Assembly (NCBI RefSeq): GCF_009914755.1
Contig: NC_060929.1
Reading direction: 5' to 3' (one strand)
Length of the DNA stretch: 64,000 nucleotides
Origin: the human T2T-CHM13v2.0 reference genome, Homo sapiens
Shown here: one piece after another, positions 11,682-25,974 of the stretch
Position numbering within the stretch: position 1 is the first letter of the stretch
Layout of the letters: the number at the start of each line of letters is the position of its first letter
The notes under the pieces: model-generated
The model's database searches: none
What the model saw: the letters and a program-made list of their open reading frames with translations, nothing else
Told to the model about the DNA's origin: nothing
Made by a program: the position numbers and the translations under genes

Positions 11682-13489
11682 TCTGTATTACAGAATCCTG
11701 ATGCTCATTTCATCATGTCTCATTTGACTACTCCTCACTTACTTCCCTCTAAGACAGGAGAGGCTATAGATACAGATGCCACCTCTTTCTCGGCAAAATG
11801 AAGATATTCCCACATCTTTCTCTATGATTCTCTTGTGGGGAGCCCAGGTAAATTTCTATCCTTCATTGATGTCCGTGCCCTTTGTCTAATAGAAATGTAG
11901 TCTCAAATTTCAGTCAAATGTATACTTTCCTTATTTACGAAAGGCTTTGTCTGTGTTTTCTTGCAAGAAGTTGCCAGGAAGGAATATGGGCTGTGCACTA
12001 TGAAAGATCTGAAATCAAGTGTGTCTCTACCACTTGCCAGTCATCAATGTAAACTTGAAAAATTTTAGTTAACTTCTCCAGGACTGTTTTGTGTTTAGTT
12101 TTGTTCTGTCTTGTTTTTCATCTATGTTATTGGGATAATAAATACCTTTTAGTTTTATGGAGGTTAACGCAGATCATAAAGGATGATCTGCCTTCTAGAC
12201 AGTGAGAAGGTCAACAGATATTAGTGCCTTTCAGGTCTTCCCTAGGACAGAGCACTAGAGCTCTGGCCTTCGCAGCAACTCCCACCATCAACCCAGGAAG
12301 ACTCTACCTAACCTCTGCCATGCCAAAACAGTTTGGTTATAACATAACTTTTACATTAGCAAATGTATCAAATAAGATCATGATTATACTTCTAGAGTCG
12401 TCTTCTATAGTTATCTTCCTTCTTCTCTTAAAGCCATTATTCTAATATATTTCAATATTAAGAGACTTGAATGCCATCTATGCATAAATTTGTCTATACT
12501 TCTTGAGAGCAGACTTAAACAAAATACTAATGAACATCTTTTACAACAGATTCCAAATTTATAAATTTACTACTATTTAGCCTGGCAATGAACATTATCT
12601 CAAACACCAACTTTAACCATTTATTTACATTTTAATTATGTGTTCTTAATTTTTAGTGATGCCTATGAAGATTATAAAAATTCAGGGTTTCCTTTTATTA
12701 GTACATTATTAGAACATGACTTCTTTATTAAGAAACAAATGGGAATTTTAAAAATATCTATGTTAACTTTATTGATTTACTATTAAAATTGGAAAAGTAG
12801 TATTCTTGAAGACTATTTCCTTCACATACATATTTTAACCAAAGGCAGGAACAGAAGCTTACCCTTTGCCTTTGTGTTGGGCATAAAGATGGCAAAGGCT
12901 GCATTAATGCAGGAAGAAAATGCATAAATCAGCCCAAAGGAATTAGGATGTAGTAGCAATACACACATATCAAAAAAAAAAAAAAAAAAGCCTTTACAAA
13001 GTTCTGAATTTACCACCAATAATTAGAGAAATGTAGCAAACACAACAAAATTTGAGCTAACTCACATTATTTTTGACATAAGAGAAAAAAGGAAAAAATA
13101 ATTTCAAACCATTGCAGCAGTTTGCTACAAATTCTCTTCCCTTCTCTCACAGTCTCTCTCCTTTTTAACATGTCTTTACCTTTCCTTAAGTAATCTTGCT
13201 GAGATATTTAACTTGTTTTTGAAAATATTTTTTTTCTTAAATGTTTTTCAAAATTTAAGTGACTCAAAGTAGTGTCATAAGATTATTTTCTATAGGAGTT
13301 GTGAAAGCTCACAAAGGAGAACAGCATGAGTAATTCCTTGCTACTAAAATTATAGTCACTGGACCATTTTATTGCCAGTACCTGGGAGCATGTTATCAAT
13401 GTAGTATCTCAGGCCCTATCTTTGTCTGCACTTTATGGTTTTAAGAAGGACTGATATAGTAGCAAAAGAAGGGACTAAATGGAAATATC

Positions 13490-13675
13490 AATTTTCCTTC
13501 TTACTAGTTACGTGATCTTCCACAAGGTACTTAACCTCTCTGAGCATGATTCCTTATCCCTGAAGTGGAATGATGAAAATATTTTGCTTCACAAGGTTAT
13601 GGTAAAGATTAAACAAAAAGCATATATTTTATAGTACAGTCTCTAGCACATGGAAGTGTTTCAATAAATGTTAGT
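13490..13675 (+). mobile_element. MIR SINE
   Basis: cttactagttacgtgatctt...acttaacctctctgagcatgattccttatc matches the MIR core. Confidence 0.7.
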
Positions 13676-16245
13676 TCCTTGTTTATATTTAATTTTAGAG
13701 AAAGCATGAAATAGTAGAAATATTAGAGCCTTTGAGTTAAGCTCACTCACAGTGAGCTTAACCACCACCAGCATGTCATTTTATTCTGTTTAAAACTCAA
13801 ATGCTTGATCTGCATGGATGATGATGGTGGTAGGAGAGCTGTGGGGCTCAAATGGGTTAATATACATTATATATATGTATATAACAGATACTTTGTACAG
13901 TGCCTGGTGCATGATAAAGGCACTACAAAAACTATTTGTGTTTATTATTTTGTTATATAAAATATTACAATATTATAGTTTCTTTTCTTAAAACAATGTA
14001 TTTGCTACATTGGCATTCTATTGATAAGTATTTAAGGATCTATACTTATCCAAAAATACAGCTCACTTTCCAAACTATTGCTATTTATGTCAAAAGTAAA
14101 GCCACATGTGGAGAAGGAGAGAAATAGGCACTGGGAAAATAGGGACTAATACTGTTGTTTCTTCTGTTTTGCTGCTCTATAGAGCACATTAGGGATATGG
14201 AAATATCATTAAGAATAAAAACAAATTTTGTTTTAAAGATTGCACCATAAAATGTTAACCACAAAGTGCTTTACCTGATGAGTCAAAGGTACTCTGAATA
14301 AATTCACATATTCATTTTAGCTGTACATATTTCTTTTTGATATTTTAGGTCATATACCAGATGGCAGAAAACACTTATACACGATGACTTTTCCTAGATG
14401 TGCCAGCATATGCTGCTGAATTGCCTATACAGAAAAACCTTGCTCATTGCAAGTCTCCCTGGAAGTATTTCAAACAAAGCACATCAATTAACATTTGTTT
14501 ATTATGCCACTGTGAGTATATGACAGTTTTTTTATTTCTTTCCCAAATACTCAGGCAACAGTTGGGTTTATATTGAATTTGTCACATGAAGGGCTCATAT
14601 TTCAGGATCTATTCACAATTGTTTTTCATTTCAAATATGCTTATTAAATATTTCACCTCTCCTCCAACCTCCAAGAGGCATCAAATTTTATGAACAAATA
14701 TAATAAGAGTTACAGATGATAAAATGTTATCATGGATAAAAAAACATATGAGATGAGAGTAGATAATGTAAAGAAAGTCGATAATGTAGAGAGTAGATAA
14801 TTTAGTTAGGAATGGATAATTTAGTTAGGAATGGATTTACCACTGTTGTAGATAAATCGAAGTATTAAATTTAAAATTGTATTTATGAAATTCAGTTGTT
14901 TATCATATAAATTGCATATTTATTTTAAAGCATAAAAAGAGAAAATTTCTACTTAATTCCATAAACACTGCATTATATTCAATCCTTATGAAATAATTCC
15001 TTCCCCTTAGAATGTACAGTAGTTTATAAACAAAGTTATGTTTCACTCTATGTAGGTAATAATATTATTGTATAACAAAAGGTTTTTGAAGCAAAGAATT
15101 AGGAAAGGAGAGGAAGAACAAAGGTTGTGCCATAAACATAGTCATTTGCAATAACTTAAATAAGAGTAGAATACGTATTTTCTTTTAGATCTAAGTGTCT
15201 GAGGCACAAGCCCTCACTGTATAGGTGTTTGATAGATGTTCCCTAATTCACATGGAGTAGTGAGAGAGTGTCTGAAGACTAATTTTTTAAATCCTTGTGA
15301 CATGAAAGGTTTTATATAGTTTATACCACAGAACTTGTTCAAAGAGGTACTACAGGAAAATATTATAAGTTGGTTTAAGGGATTTCGGGAATTAGCAAGT
15401 TATTAAGGAAATATAAGAACATTTAGAAATAAATAACCCACCTTTGGAGTTTTATTACTGAAAATAAGTGTTGCCACGATACTACCAAAAAAAAAGAAAA
15501 AGAGAAAGAGAAAAAAAAACACCTCAAATGTATTATGCTCAAGTTTTACTTGTAAAATTAAGCACAACTGTAAGATGTGCTTAATTCAACTTAAATAGAA
15601 CATATTCTGACTGTTTTAGGTAAGAAAATATAATTTTAATAAATTCAAAATAATTTTTCTAAAACTTTTTACCTATAGAGCAAAGGTGATCATTTTGTCT
15701 TGTTTTGTCTTATTTGTATATGTGGCATTAGTCTGTTTAACTTAGTCTAAGTTTCCATTATTAACTTCCTTAAGAAAGCAGCTTTAAAAAATGTAAATAG
15801 ATGTTTGTTCTTTTACTCAGCAAAATTACGCATGAGAGGGAAGAAATTTTAGCTGTGAAACTCAGTAAAGTTAGAAAATCACATAGGCCTAACAACTGAG
15901 TCACAAGTACAAGGAAGACAGAAAGAAAAACTGAGACCCACACAGGTACTAATCACTTTAGCCTTTTGAATAATTAGGTATGGAATATTTGAGGAAGTTA
16001 GTTTAGACATTAGTACTCCTAAGATCTAGTGCAGACATGCTAATACTGCATTTGATACCATCTAATAATAAAATGAAACAAATCTTTTATAACCTAAGTC
16101 ATAAAAATGATGCAACCCAAAATACTGGCGAGGAGTAAAATAAACACAGCAATTGGACACCTGAATTTATGTTTCATCTATGACAAGATATTATTCTTAG
16201 TCAATGAAATCATCCTTCAAAATCAAATTAAATAAAAAGCTTCTC

Positions 16246-16608
<363 letters not shown>

Positions 16609-17862
16609 CTACAAAAGTGTTTTCCTCGAGCAGAAGAAAAATAATACCACACAGAAGGCCACAGATTCAAGGATTCAAGGAAGAAGAATAAGGAAAGAAA
16701 CTTTTAAATATGTGGGTAAGCTTGAAGAATACTGATTACATAAAGCAATAATAATATACTGGTGCCTATAAACACACACACACATACACGAACACATCCA
16801 GATATACATACACATAATTAAAATGCTAAACAGAATTGCATAAGAAAGTGGGTATAAATATTAAATATTATTAATCATTAATTATTAATATTTAATAATA
16901 TTTAATAATTAATCTTAAATATTAAAATATTATAAGACATTTTCATGGTCCAGGAAAATATAAAATTTATTTACATTAAATTTTAATAATTCAAGAATTT
17001 ATTTTGTAAAATCAGAGGTAACCAGTAACAGTAAAATAATGTGTAACCACCAAACGAGTAAAGGGGGCGGGGTGGAATGGTATAATTAAAAAAACAAAAT
17101 CTTTTCCCAAAAGGCAAATATGAGACTATTTTAAAAGAACAAGAAACAGGTGTCATCTATAGAATAGTAAATAACAAAACATAGAAATATATACAAATAT
17201 ATTGCAGTGACAGTAAATGTAAATAAACTGTTTCAATTTGAAGACAGTAATTTTCAGGTTAAAAAAATACCACTTCTCCTTAGAGACATACATATAAGAA
17301 TTCAGGGAGCATAAAATTAAAAGATGGAAATAGATATACCATATTAACATGAACCCTAATCAAAAGAGATCTGTTGTAGTTATATTTATTCACAACAGAA
17401 AAGGTTGACTTTTAATTTAAAAATCATAATGATTATAAAGTGTAGTGATTGATCATAATAAAATTGAACTAAAATCAAACAATATAAATGTAACAATAAA
17501 AGTCTCAATATATGTAACACTAAGCCATAGGTTATCTTCTAAACAATGTATGGTTTAAATAGAGATAACAGAAATTAGAAAAGTTTTTGAACTAAATGAT
17601 AATTAAAATATTGCTTATCACACTTTTTAGGATATTACTAAAATTACATGTGAAAGTAAATTAATAGTGTACAAAACACATATTAGAAAAGGAAAATACA
17701 CAAATCTATGACAAGGAATAAAGTTCAATAATTTTAGGAAAATAATAATCCATTAAATGCAAGGAAATTAGCAGAAGAAAATAATAAACCTAATATCACA
17801 TATGAAAAAAAGAGAGAAAACACAGTATCAAGAGAATCAAAAGTTGATTTTTAAGACTGAGA

Positions 17863-18160
17863 GGCCAAGCAGAGTGGCTCAGGCCTGTAATCCCAGTGTT
17901 TTGAGGGGCTGAGGTGGGATGGTGGCTTGAGCTCAGAAATGTGAGACCAGCCTGGGCAATACAGTGAGATCCAATCTCTACAAAAAGTTAACAAATAAGC
18001 TGGGCATGATGGCCTGCATGTGCAGTCTCAGCTACTCGGGAGGCTGAGACAGTAGAGTCGCTTGAGCACAGGGTATAGTGAGTCATGATCACACCACTGC
18101 ACTCTAGCATAGGCAACAGCGCAAGTCCCTGTCTCAAAAAAAAAAAAAAAAAAAAAAAAA
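17863..18160 (+). mobile_element. AluJ-type with TSD AAGACTGAGA
   Basis: Alu dimer with short right-arm deletion, A25 tail; TSD at 17853-17862 and 18159-18168. Confidence 0.93.
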
Positions 18161-19439
18161 GACTGAGAAGTTCATAAGGCCTTGGAATGACAGATTAAAA
18201 TAAGAACAAAGATGAAAATAAGAAGGGTTAGGAATTAGCCAGTGGATATCACACCAGATTTTAAAGACATTAAAAAGATCATAGAAAAATAGAAGCAATT
18301 TTAGAAAACATCTTTCCGAATTTAATTCCTAGAAAGAAAACATACCAATACAAAATTAGTCCACAATTTAAAATCTTCCCCAAAATATCCATAAGCAAAT
18401 AGCTTCACTTGTGAATTCTACAAAACTTATAAGAAGAAATAATGACAAAAATAGAAACCTCTTCCAGAGTATTAAAAAAATATAATTTCCCAATTCACTT
18501 CATTAGCCAAGAATAACTTTCATACAAAACCTTAACAATATAGGAAAGAAATATTATGGAACAATCACATGCATGAATACAAATGCAAAATCTTAAAGTA
18601 TTATTAAAGCAAATAGAGCAATATTTACATCTTCACCAAGTTATTTTTATTCCAGGAATGCAATGATTGGTCAACAAAAGAAAATCAAACAATATAGTTT
18701 ACAACAGTAACAGAATTATGGAAAAATCTGTCAATCATACCAAATGATGCATGAAATGTATTTGGTAAAATTCTATATCAATTCATAATAAAAGTTCTTG
18801 TTAAACTTGGAAAAATTGAGTTTTAATTTATGGGAGGTATTTCTAAAAATATGCAATGTGAAAATGTTGAAAGCTGTCCCTTATGAGACTCACGTAAAAC
18901 ATACATGTCCAGCATCATCATTCAGTCCTGTACTAAAAGTGGCTAAACAGTAAAATAAGATAAGAAAATGTAAAAAAGTTTATGATGCTCACAAAAAAAC
19001 ATGAATTTTTATGTAAAAAATAAACTTTTGAACTATAAAAACAATGTAATAAGATTGGTGGGTAAAAAATTAACACACAAAACTAAATTATGTTTATATA
19101 AACCAGAACAAATTCTATATATGCATATATTTGTAAGCATATGATATATATTTTATAATAAAATAGATATATCAAACAGCTAGAAATATACAAAACATTA
19201 TTGATAGAAATTGGGAAATACCTTAAAAAGTGGCAGGATGTAAATATCCATGAATTACCTATTATATATTATAATGATATGTATCAATTACCGCCAAATA
19301 GCTCTCTAGATTCAATGAAACCCCAATAAAAATCCAAGTGGACTTGCTTTTTAAAAAATGGAACTTGACAAGTTGATTTTAAAAAATATATATGGAAATG
19401 TTACAGTAAAAAAAAAAAAAAAGTTCAGATAATCTAGAA

Positions 19440-19650
19440 CAGGGTTTGGCAAACTACCACCCACAGGCCAAATCCAGCCATTTTTTTTTTTTCACAGCCT
19501 AAGAGCTAAGAATGATTTTTACATTTATAAATGGTTACAGTTTAAATGGTTTTAAAAGTACCAACATAATAACTTGGATTTTGCCTCTGAGCCCACAATG
19601 CCTAAAACATTTACTATTTTGCCTCTTAAGAAAAAGCTTGCCAGCCCCTA
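19440..19650 (+). mobile_element. MER58-family (MER58C-like) hAT-Charlie MITE
   Basis: TIRs cagggtttggcaaact / agcttgccagccccta; perfect 8-bp TSD ATCTAGAA at 19432-19439 and 19651-19658. Confidence 0.92.
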
Positions 19651-19731
19651 ATCTAGAATATGAATAAGCCTTGAACACTTACTCAGTGAAATGTGTTTTT
19701 CAAGCATAAAAGGCAGAGTGTAAAGTCTAAC

Positions 19732-20052
19732 TTTTTGTTTGTTTGTTTGTTTGTTTTTGTTTGTTTGTTTTGAGACAGTGTCTCACTCTGTTGGCCAGGC
19801 TGGAGTGCAGTGGCCCAATCTTGGCTCACTGCAACCTCTGCCCTCCGAGTTCAAGCAATTCTCTTGCCTCAGCCTCCCAGTAGATGGGATTACAGGCACT
19901 TGCCACCGCGCCTGGCTAATTTTTTCTTTTTTTTAGTAGAGATGGGGTTTCACCATCTTGGCCAGGATGGTCTTGAACTCCTGACCTCGTGATCCACCCG
20001 CCTCAGCCTCCCAAAGTGCTGGGATTATAGGCATGAGCCACCGCGCCAGGAC
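19732..20052 (-). mobile_element. AluS with (GTTT)n tail
   Basis: Reverse Alu dimer flanked by imperfect repeat gtctaac(a)tttttg. Confidence 0.95.
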
Positions 20053-20059
20053 ACGTCTA

Positions 20060-21320
20060 ACATTTTTGTAATAGAAATCTCAGAGAAAATAAGAGACAAT
20101 GGAGTAGAAGTAGTATTTGAAAACTTCATTGCAAAGAATTTTCCAGAACTGATGAAAAAATATCAACCCACAGTATTCACATACCCTGCAAATGTTGAGC
20201 AATAAAAATACAAGGGGAACTACATCGGATTTATCTTATTAACATTTCTAAAAGCCGAATAGAGAAATCCTAAAACCAGAGACATGAAAAAATACAGTAA
20301 TTTAAAATGAAGAACTATTGGGCTGACAATTGATTTCTCAACAGAAATGATAGAAGCCAAATAAATGACTTTACATTTATAAATACTAAAAATATGTCAA
20401 CCTAGAATTCTATATGCATAAGTATGCATATAGAAATAAACACAATTTTTTCAGCAAACCAAAAATAAAAATTTAATGGCCAGGCTACCTGCACAGATTA
20501 AAAAACAAAAGTACTGAATTAGGTTCATCACATAGAAGGAAATTGAGCATACATAGTGGCATAAAAATACAGAAAGAAATGAAGAATAAGATAATAACAA
20601 AATATATTTTGGCTTGTCTAAAACAATAATAATGTTTAGAGTAGTAAAAATACAAGTAGAATTAAAATGCATAAAACAATAAATGTTCTAAAGTTCCAGA
20701 ATTTTCAAGTAAGTGGTAAAAGTAATAATTTAGGTTAGCCTCTAATAAATTAAGGAGGCATATTGCAATTCTGAAAATAGCCACAATATATATTTAGAGT
20801 AACGTATTACTAACTAATAGAGGAAAAAATACAATGATAAAAATATTTGATTAATACAAGAAAATAAGGCTTTCTGAAAAATGCCCTAGATAAAATAAAA
20901 TAGGTTGGTTAAATAATAAGATGTAATATGCATCAAAAATTACATTACATGTAAATATACAAGTAAAAGGTGAAGATTGTCTTTCAACTATTGTGGTTAA
21001 AAATATCATGCTTAAAAGAAGCATACCTTATATAAAGACACAAAAAGTTTAAGATCAAACAATGCAAAAATACATTTCATGGAAATGTTAATCCACAGGC
21101 AGCTAATGTACATATACTAATATGAAAAAGATCAGGCTTTAATATAAGAAGCATTGGTAGAAATAATAAGGAAAATTTCATAATAATAAGGACTCAAGCT
21201 TATTCAAGCTTATATATTCATATTCAAGAGAAATATGAAACCTATTTTAAATCTTCATACACTTAATGTATATCTGCAAATATATAATTTATCATTAAAC
21301 ATAATTAAGAGAATGAAAAC
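20060..21320 (+). mobile_element. Old L1M ORF1 to ORF2-start fragment
   Basis: gaattttccagaactgatgaa, gatttctcaacagaaatgatagaagcca, tgtcaacctagaattctatat. Confidence 0.7.
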
Positions 21321-22591
21321 CTATTCATGCATAAATCTTTGCCAGAGCCTATGTCCAGAATGGTATTCCCTAGGCTTTCTGCTAGGGTTTTTATAGCTTT
21401 TGGTCTCACATTTAAGTCTCTAATTAATCTTGAGTTAATTTTTGTGTATGGTATAAGGAAGGGGTCCAGTTTCAGTCTTCTGCATATAGCTAGCCAGTGA
21501 TCCCAGCACCACTTATTGAATAGGGAACCCCTTCCTCATTGTTATTGTCAACTTTATCAAAGATCAGATGGTTGTAGGTATGCAGTTTTATTTCTAGGTT
21601 CTCTATCTTGTTCCATTGGTCTATGTGTCTGTTTTTGTACCAGTACCATGCTGTTTTGGTTACTGTAGCCTTGTAGTATAGTTTGTAGTTGGGTAGTGTA
21701 ATCCCTCTGGCTTTGTTTTCTTTAGGATTGCTTTGGCTATTCTGGCTCTTTTATGGTTCCATATGAATTTGAGAACTTTTTTTTCTAATTCTGTGAAAAA
21801 ATATTGGTAGTTCAATAGGAATAACATTCAATATGCATATTGCTTTGGGCAGTATGGCCATTTAAACATTATTGATTCATTGTATCCATGAGTGTGAAAT
21901 GCTTTGCCATTCATCTCATTTCTGATTTCTTTCAGCAGTCTTTTGTAATTCTTGTTGTAGATATCTTTTTTTCCCTGTTGAGCTGCATTCCTTTTCATTT
22001 TATTCTTTTTGTGACTATTGTGAATGGTATTGCATCCTCATTTGTCTTTTAGCTTAGATATTATTGGTGTTTAGGAATGCTAGTGATTTTTGTACACTGA
22101 TTTTGTATCCTGAAACTTTGCTGAAGTACTTTATGAGATCTAAAAGTCCTTGGAAATAGACTATGGGGTTTTCTAGATATAGAGTCATATCATCTTATAA
22201 GTAATTTAACTTTTTCTTTTCCTATTTGGATGGCTTTATTTCATGTCTTGCCTGATTGCTCTGGTTAGGACTTCCAGTATGATGTTGCATAGCAGTAGTG
22301 ACAGTGGGCATCCTTGTCTTGTTTTGTTTCTCAAGGGGAATGCTTTCAGGTAAATTGTTCAATATAATGTTAGCTGTGGGTTTGTCATAGATGACTCTTA
22401 TTTTGAGGTATGTGCTTCAATTCCTTGTTTGTTGAGGGTTCCTAACATGAAGAGATGTTGAATTTTATTGAATGTCTTTTCTGCATCTATTAAGATGATA
22501 ATGTGGTTTTTGTTTTTAGTTCTGTTTATGTGATGAATCACATTTATTGTTTTGCGTATGTTGAATCGATCTTCCATCCCAGGAATAAAGC

Positions 22592-23041
22592 TGCAATGGT
22601 TAATACTGAGTGTCAACTTGATTGGATTGAAGGATACAAAGTATTGATCCTGGGTGTGTCTGTGAGGGTGTTGCCAAAGGAGATTAACATTTGAGTCAGT
22701 GGGCTGAGAAAGGCAGACCCACCCTTAATCTGGGTGAGCACAATCTAATCAGCTGCCAACACGGCTAGAATATAAGCAGGCAGAAAAATGTGAAAAGAGA
22801 GACTGACCTAGCCTCCCAGACTACATCTTTCTCCTGTGCTGGATGCTTTCTGCCCCCGACCCCCTGCTACTCCAAGTTCTTCAGTTTTGGAACTCAGACT
22901 GACTCTCCTTGTTCCTCAGCCTACAGGTGGCCTGTTGTGGGACCTTGTGATCATGTGAGTTAATACTTAATAAACTGCCTTTTAGATACATATATATGTA
23001 TTCCATTAGGTCTTTCCCTCTAGAGAACCCTCACTAATACA
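22592..23041 (+). mobile_element. MLT2A (MLT2A2-like) ERV-L solo LTR inside L1
   Basis: tgcaatggttaatactgagtgtcaacttgattggattgaagg...agagaaccctcactaataca; TSD aaagc/aaaac. Confidence 0.92.
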
Positions 23042-24808
23042 AAAACCTACTTGATCATAGTGTGTTGTCTTTTTGATGTGCTAGGATTGTATTTTGTTGA
23101 AGACTTTGGGTCAATGTTTATCCGGGATATTGGCCTGAGGTTTTCTTTTCCTGTTTGTTTTTGCCAGGTTTTGGTATCACAATGATGCTGGCCTCATTCT
23201 ATGGAATGAGGTAAAGAGGAGTACTTCCTCCTCAATTTTTTGGAATAGTTTCAATATGATTGATACCTGCTCTTCTTTATACATCTGGTATAATTAGGCT
23301 GTGAATCCATCTGGTCTAAGGCTTTTTGTAGTTGTCAGGTTATTTATTACTGATTCAATTTCATAACTTATTATTGGTCTCTGTAGGGTTTTGATTTCTT
23401 CCTGGTTCAACCTTGGGAGGTTATGTGTTTCCAGGAATTTATCTATTCCTTCTAGGTTTTCTAGTTTGTGCGCATAGAGGTTTTGTTGATCATTTGTATG
23501 GATTTTTGAGGTTTTATTTGGGGAAGGCTTGCATCTTCATTTCATTCAGTTCAGCTCTTATTTTGGTTATTTTCTTCTACTAGCTTTAAGGTTGGTTTGC
23601 TCTTGTTTTTCTAGTTCCTCTTGGTGTAATGTTAGCTTGTTAATTTGAGATCTTTTAAACATTTTCATGTGGGTGTTTAGTGCTATAAACTTTCCTGTTA
23701 ACACTGCTTTAGCTATGTTCTAGAGATTCTGGTATGTTGTATCTTTGTTTTCATAAGTCTTGAAAAATTTATTGATATCTGCTTTAATTTCATTGTTCAC
23801 CCAAAAATCATTTAGGAGCAGGTTGCTTAATTTACATGTAATTGTATGGTTTTGAGAGATTTTCTTGGTATTGATATCCATTTTTATTGTCCAAGAGTAT
23901 AATTGGTATGATTTTGTACTTTTAATTTGTTGAGAATTGCTTTATGGCCAAGCATCTTGTCTATTTTAGAATATGTGCAATATGCAGATAAGAAGAATGT
24001 ATATTCTGGTGTTGTTTGAGGGAGTGCTCTGTAGATTTCTGTTAGGTCCTTTTGGTAAAGTGTCAAGTTTAGGTCCTGAATATTTTTGTTAGTTTTCTGC
24101 CTTGATGATCTCTCTGTCAGTGGAGTGTTGAAGTCTCTCACTATTATTATGTGGTTATGTAAGTCTTTTTGTAGGTCTTTAAGAACTTGTTTTATGAATC
24201 TGGGTGCAAGAGTGTTGGGTAAATAGGTATTTAGGATGGTTAAGTCTTCTTGTTGAATTGATCCCTTTATAATTACATAATGCCCTTCTTTTCCTTTTTA
24301 TCAGTGTTGGTTTAAAATCCGTTTTGCCTGAAATTAGAATAGCAACCCCTGCTCTTTTTATTTTCGTATTGCTTCATAGGCCTTCCTCCATCCTTTCACT
24401 TTGAACCTATAGGTATCCTTGCACGTGAGATCGGTCTGTTGAAGACAGGTCTTTCTTCTTTATCCAACCTGCCACTTTGTACTTTTTAAGTGGGGTAGTT
24501 AGTCCATTTAAATTCAAGATTAATATTGATATATGTGGATTTGATCCTGTCATTGTGTGTTAGCCAGTTGTTCTGTAGTCTTGATAGTGTTGTTGCTTTA
24601 TGGCGTAAATGATCTAAGTACTTAAGTGCATTTTTGTAGTGCCCAGTAACAGTCTTTCATTTCCATGTTTAGCACTCCCTTGAGGACTTCTTGTAAGGCA
24701 GGTCTGGTGGCAACAAATTCCCTTAGTATTCGCTTGTTTGAAAATGATTTTATTTCTCCTTCACTTATGAAGATTAGTTTGGTTAGATATGAAACTCTTG
24801 GTTGGAAT

Positions 24809-24934
24809 TTCCTTCCTTCCCTTCCTTCTCCTCCTTCCTTCCTTTCTTCTTTCCTTCCTCCCTTTCCTTCCTCCCTTCCCTTCCCTTCCCCTTCCTTCCT
24901 TCCTTCCTTTCTTTCTTTCCTTCTTTCTTTCTTT
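24809..24934. repeat. (CCTT)n/(CTTT)n pyrimidine tract, probably from the Alu tail
   Basis: About 125 bp of pyrimidines abutting the 3' end of a minus-strand Alu. Confidence 0.9.
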
Positions 24935-25200
24935 CAGGAGGGCATCCCAATCTGTCACTCAGGCTGGAGTGCAGTAGTACAATCTTGGCTCACTGCAACC
25001 TCTGCCTCCCAGAATCAAGCAATCCTCCCACCATAGCCTCCTGAGTAGTTCAGACCACAGGCATGCACCACCACGCCCAGCTAATATTTTGTATTTGGAG
25101 TAGAGACAGAGTTTTGCATTGTTGCCCAGGCTGGTCTTGAACTCGAGCTCCGGTGATCCACCCAACTCAGCCTCCCACAGTGCTGGGATTACAAGCCCGA
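24935..25200 (-). mobile_element. AluJ-type inside L1
   Basis: Reverse Alu body (caggctggagtgcagt...gtgctgggattacaagc). Confidence 0.92.
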
Positions 25201-25974
25201 CAGAATCTTGTTTCTTTTAGGATGCAGAATATAGGTCCCCAATTTCTTCTGGCTTGTAGGGTTTCTGCTGAAAGGTCTGCTGTTAGTCTGATGAGGTTCC
25301 CTTTGTAAGTGACCTGACTCTTCTTTCCTGCTGCCTTTAACATTTTTTCTTTCACATTGATCTTGGAGTATCTGATAACTATGAGTCTTGATGATGGTCA
25401 TCTTGTATAGCATCTCACATAGTTGCTCTGAATTTGAATATCATCCTCTCCAGTGAGGTTAAGGACATTTTCATTGGCAATATCTTCAAATATGTTTTCC
25501 AAGTTGTTTGTTTGTCTCCCTCTCTTTCAGGGATGCCAATAAGTCATAGATTTGTTCTCTTTACATAATTCCATATTTCTTGGAGGTTTTGTTCATTCTT
25601 TGTATTCTCTTTTATATATTTTTATCTGACTGAGTTGACTTGAAGAACTCGTCTTTGAGCTCCAAGATTCTTTTCTCAGCTTGATCTGTTTTGCTGTTAA
25701 TATTTCTGATTATGTTATGAAATTTTTCTAGTGAGTATCTCAGCTCTATCAGATCAGTTTTGTTCTTTCTTAAAACGGCTATTTCCTCTTTCAGCTCATA
25801 TATGATTTTACTGAATTCCTTAGATTTCTTAGATAGGATTTCAACTTTCTCCTGAATCTTATTGATCTCCTTGGCCATTCAGATTCTGAATTCTATCTTT
25901 GACATTCCAGCCATTTCAGTCTGGTTAAGAACCATTGCTGGAGAGCTAGTGTGGTAATTTGGAGGTAAGAAGAC

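Noticed and set aside
16855-16935. AT-only quasi-palindrome
   Set aside because: Low-complexity decay inside an old L1; symmetry expected from composition.
24665-25044. Low-complexity ORFs (PSFL- or KERK-rich)
   Set aside because: Translations of the CCTT microsatellite and Alu.
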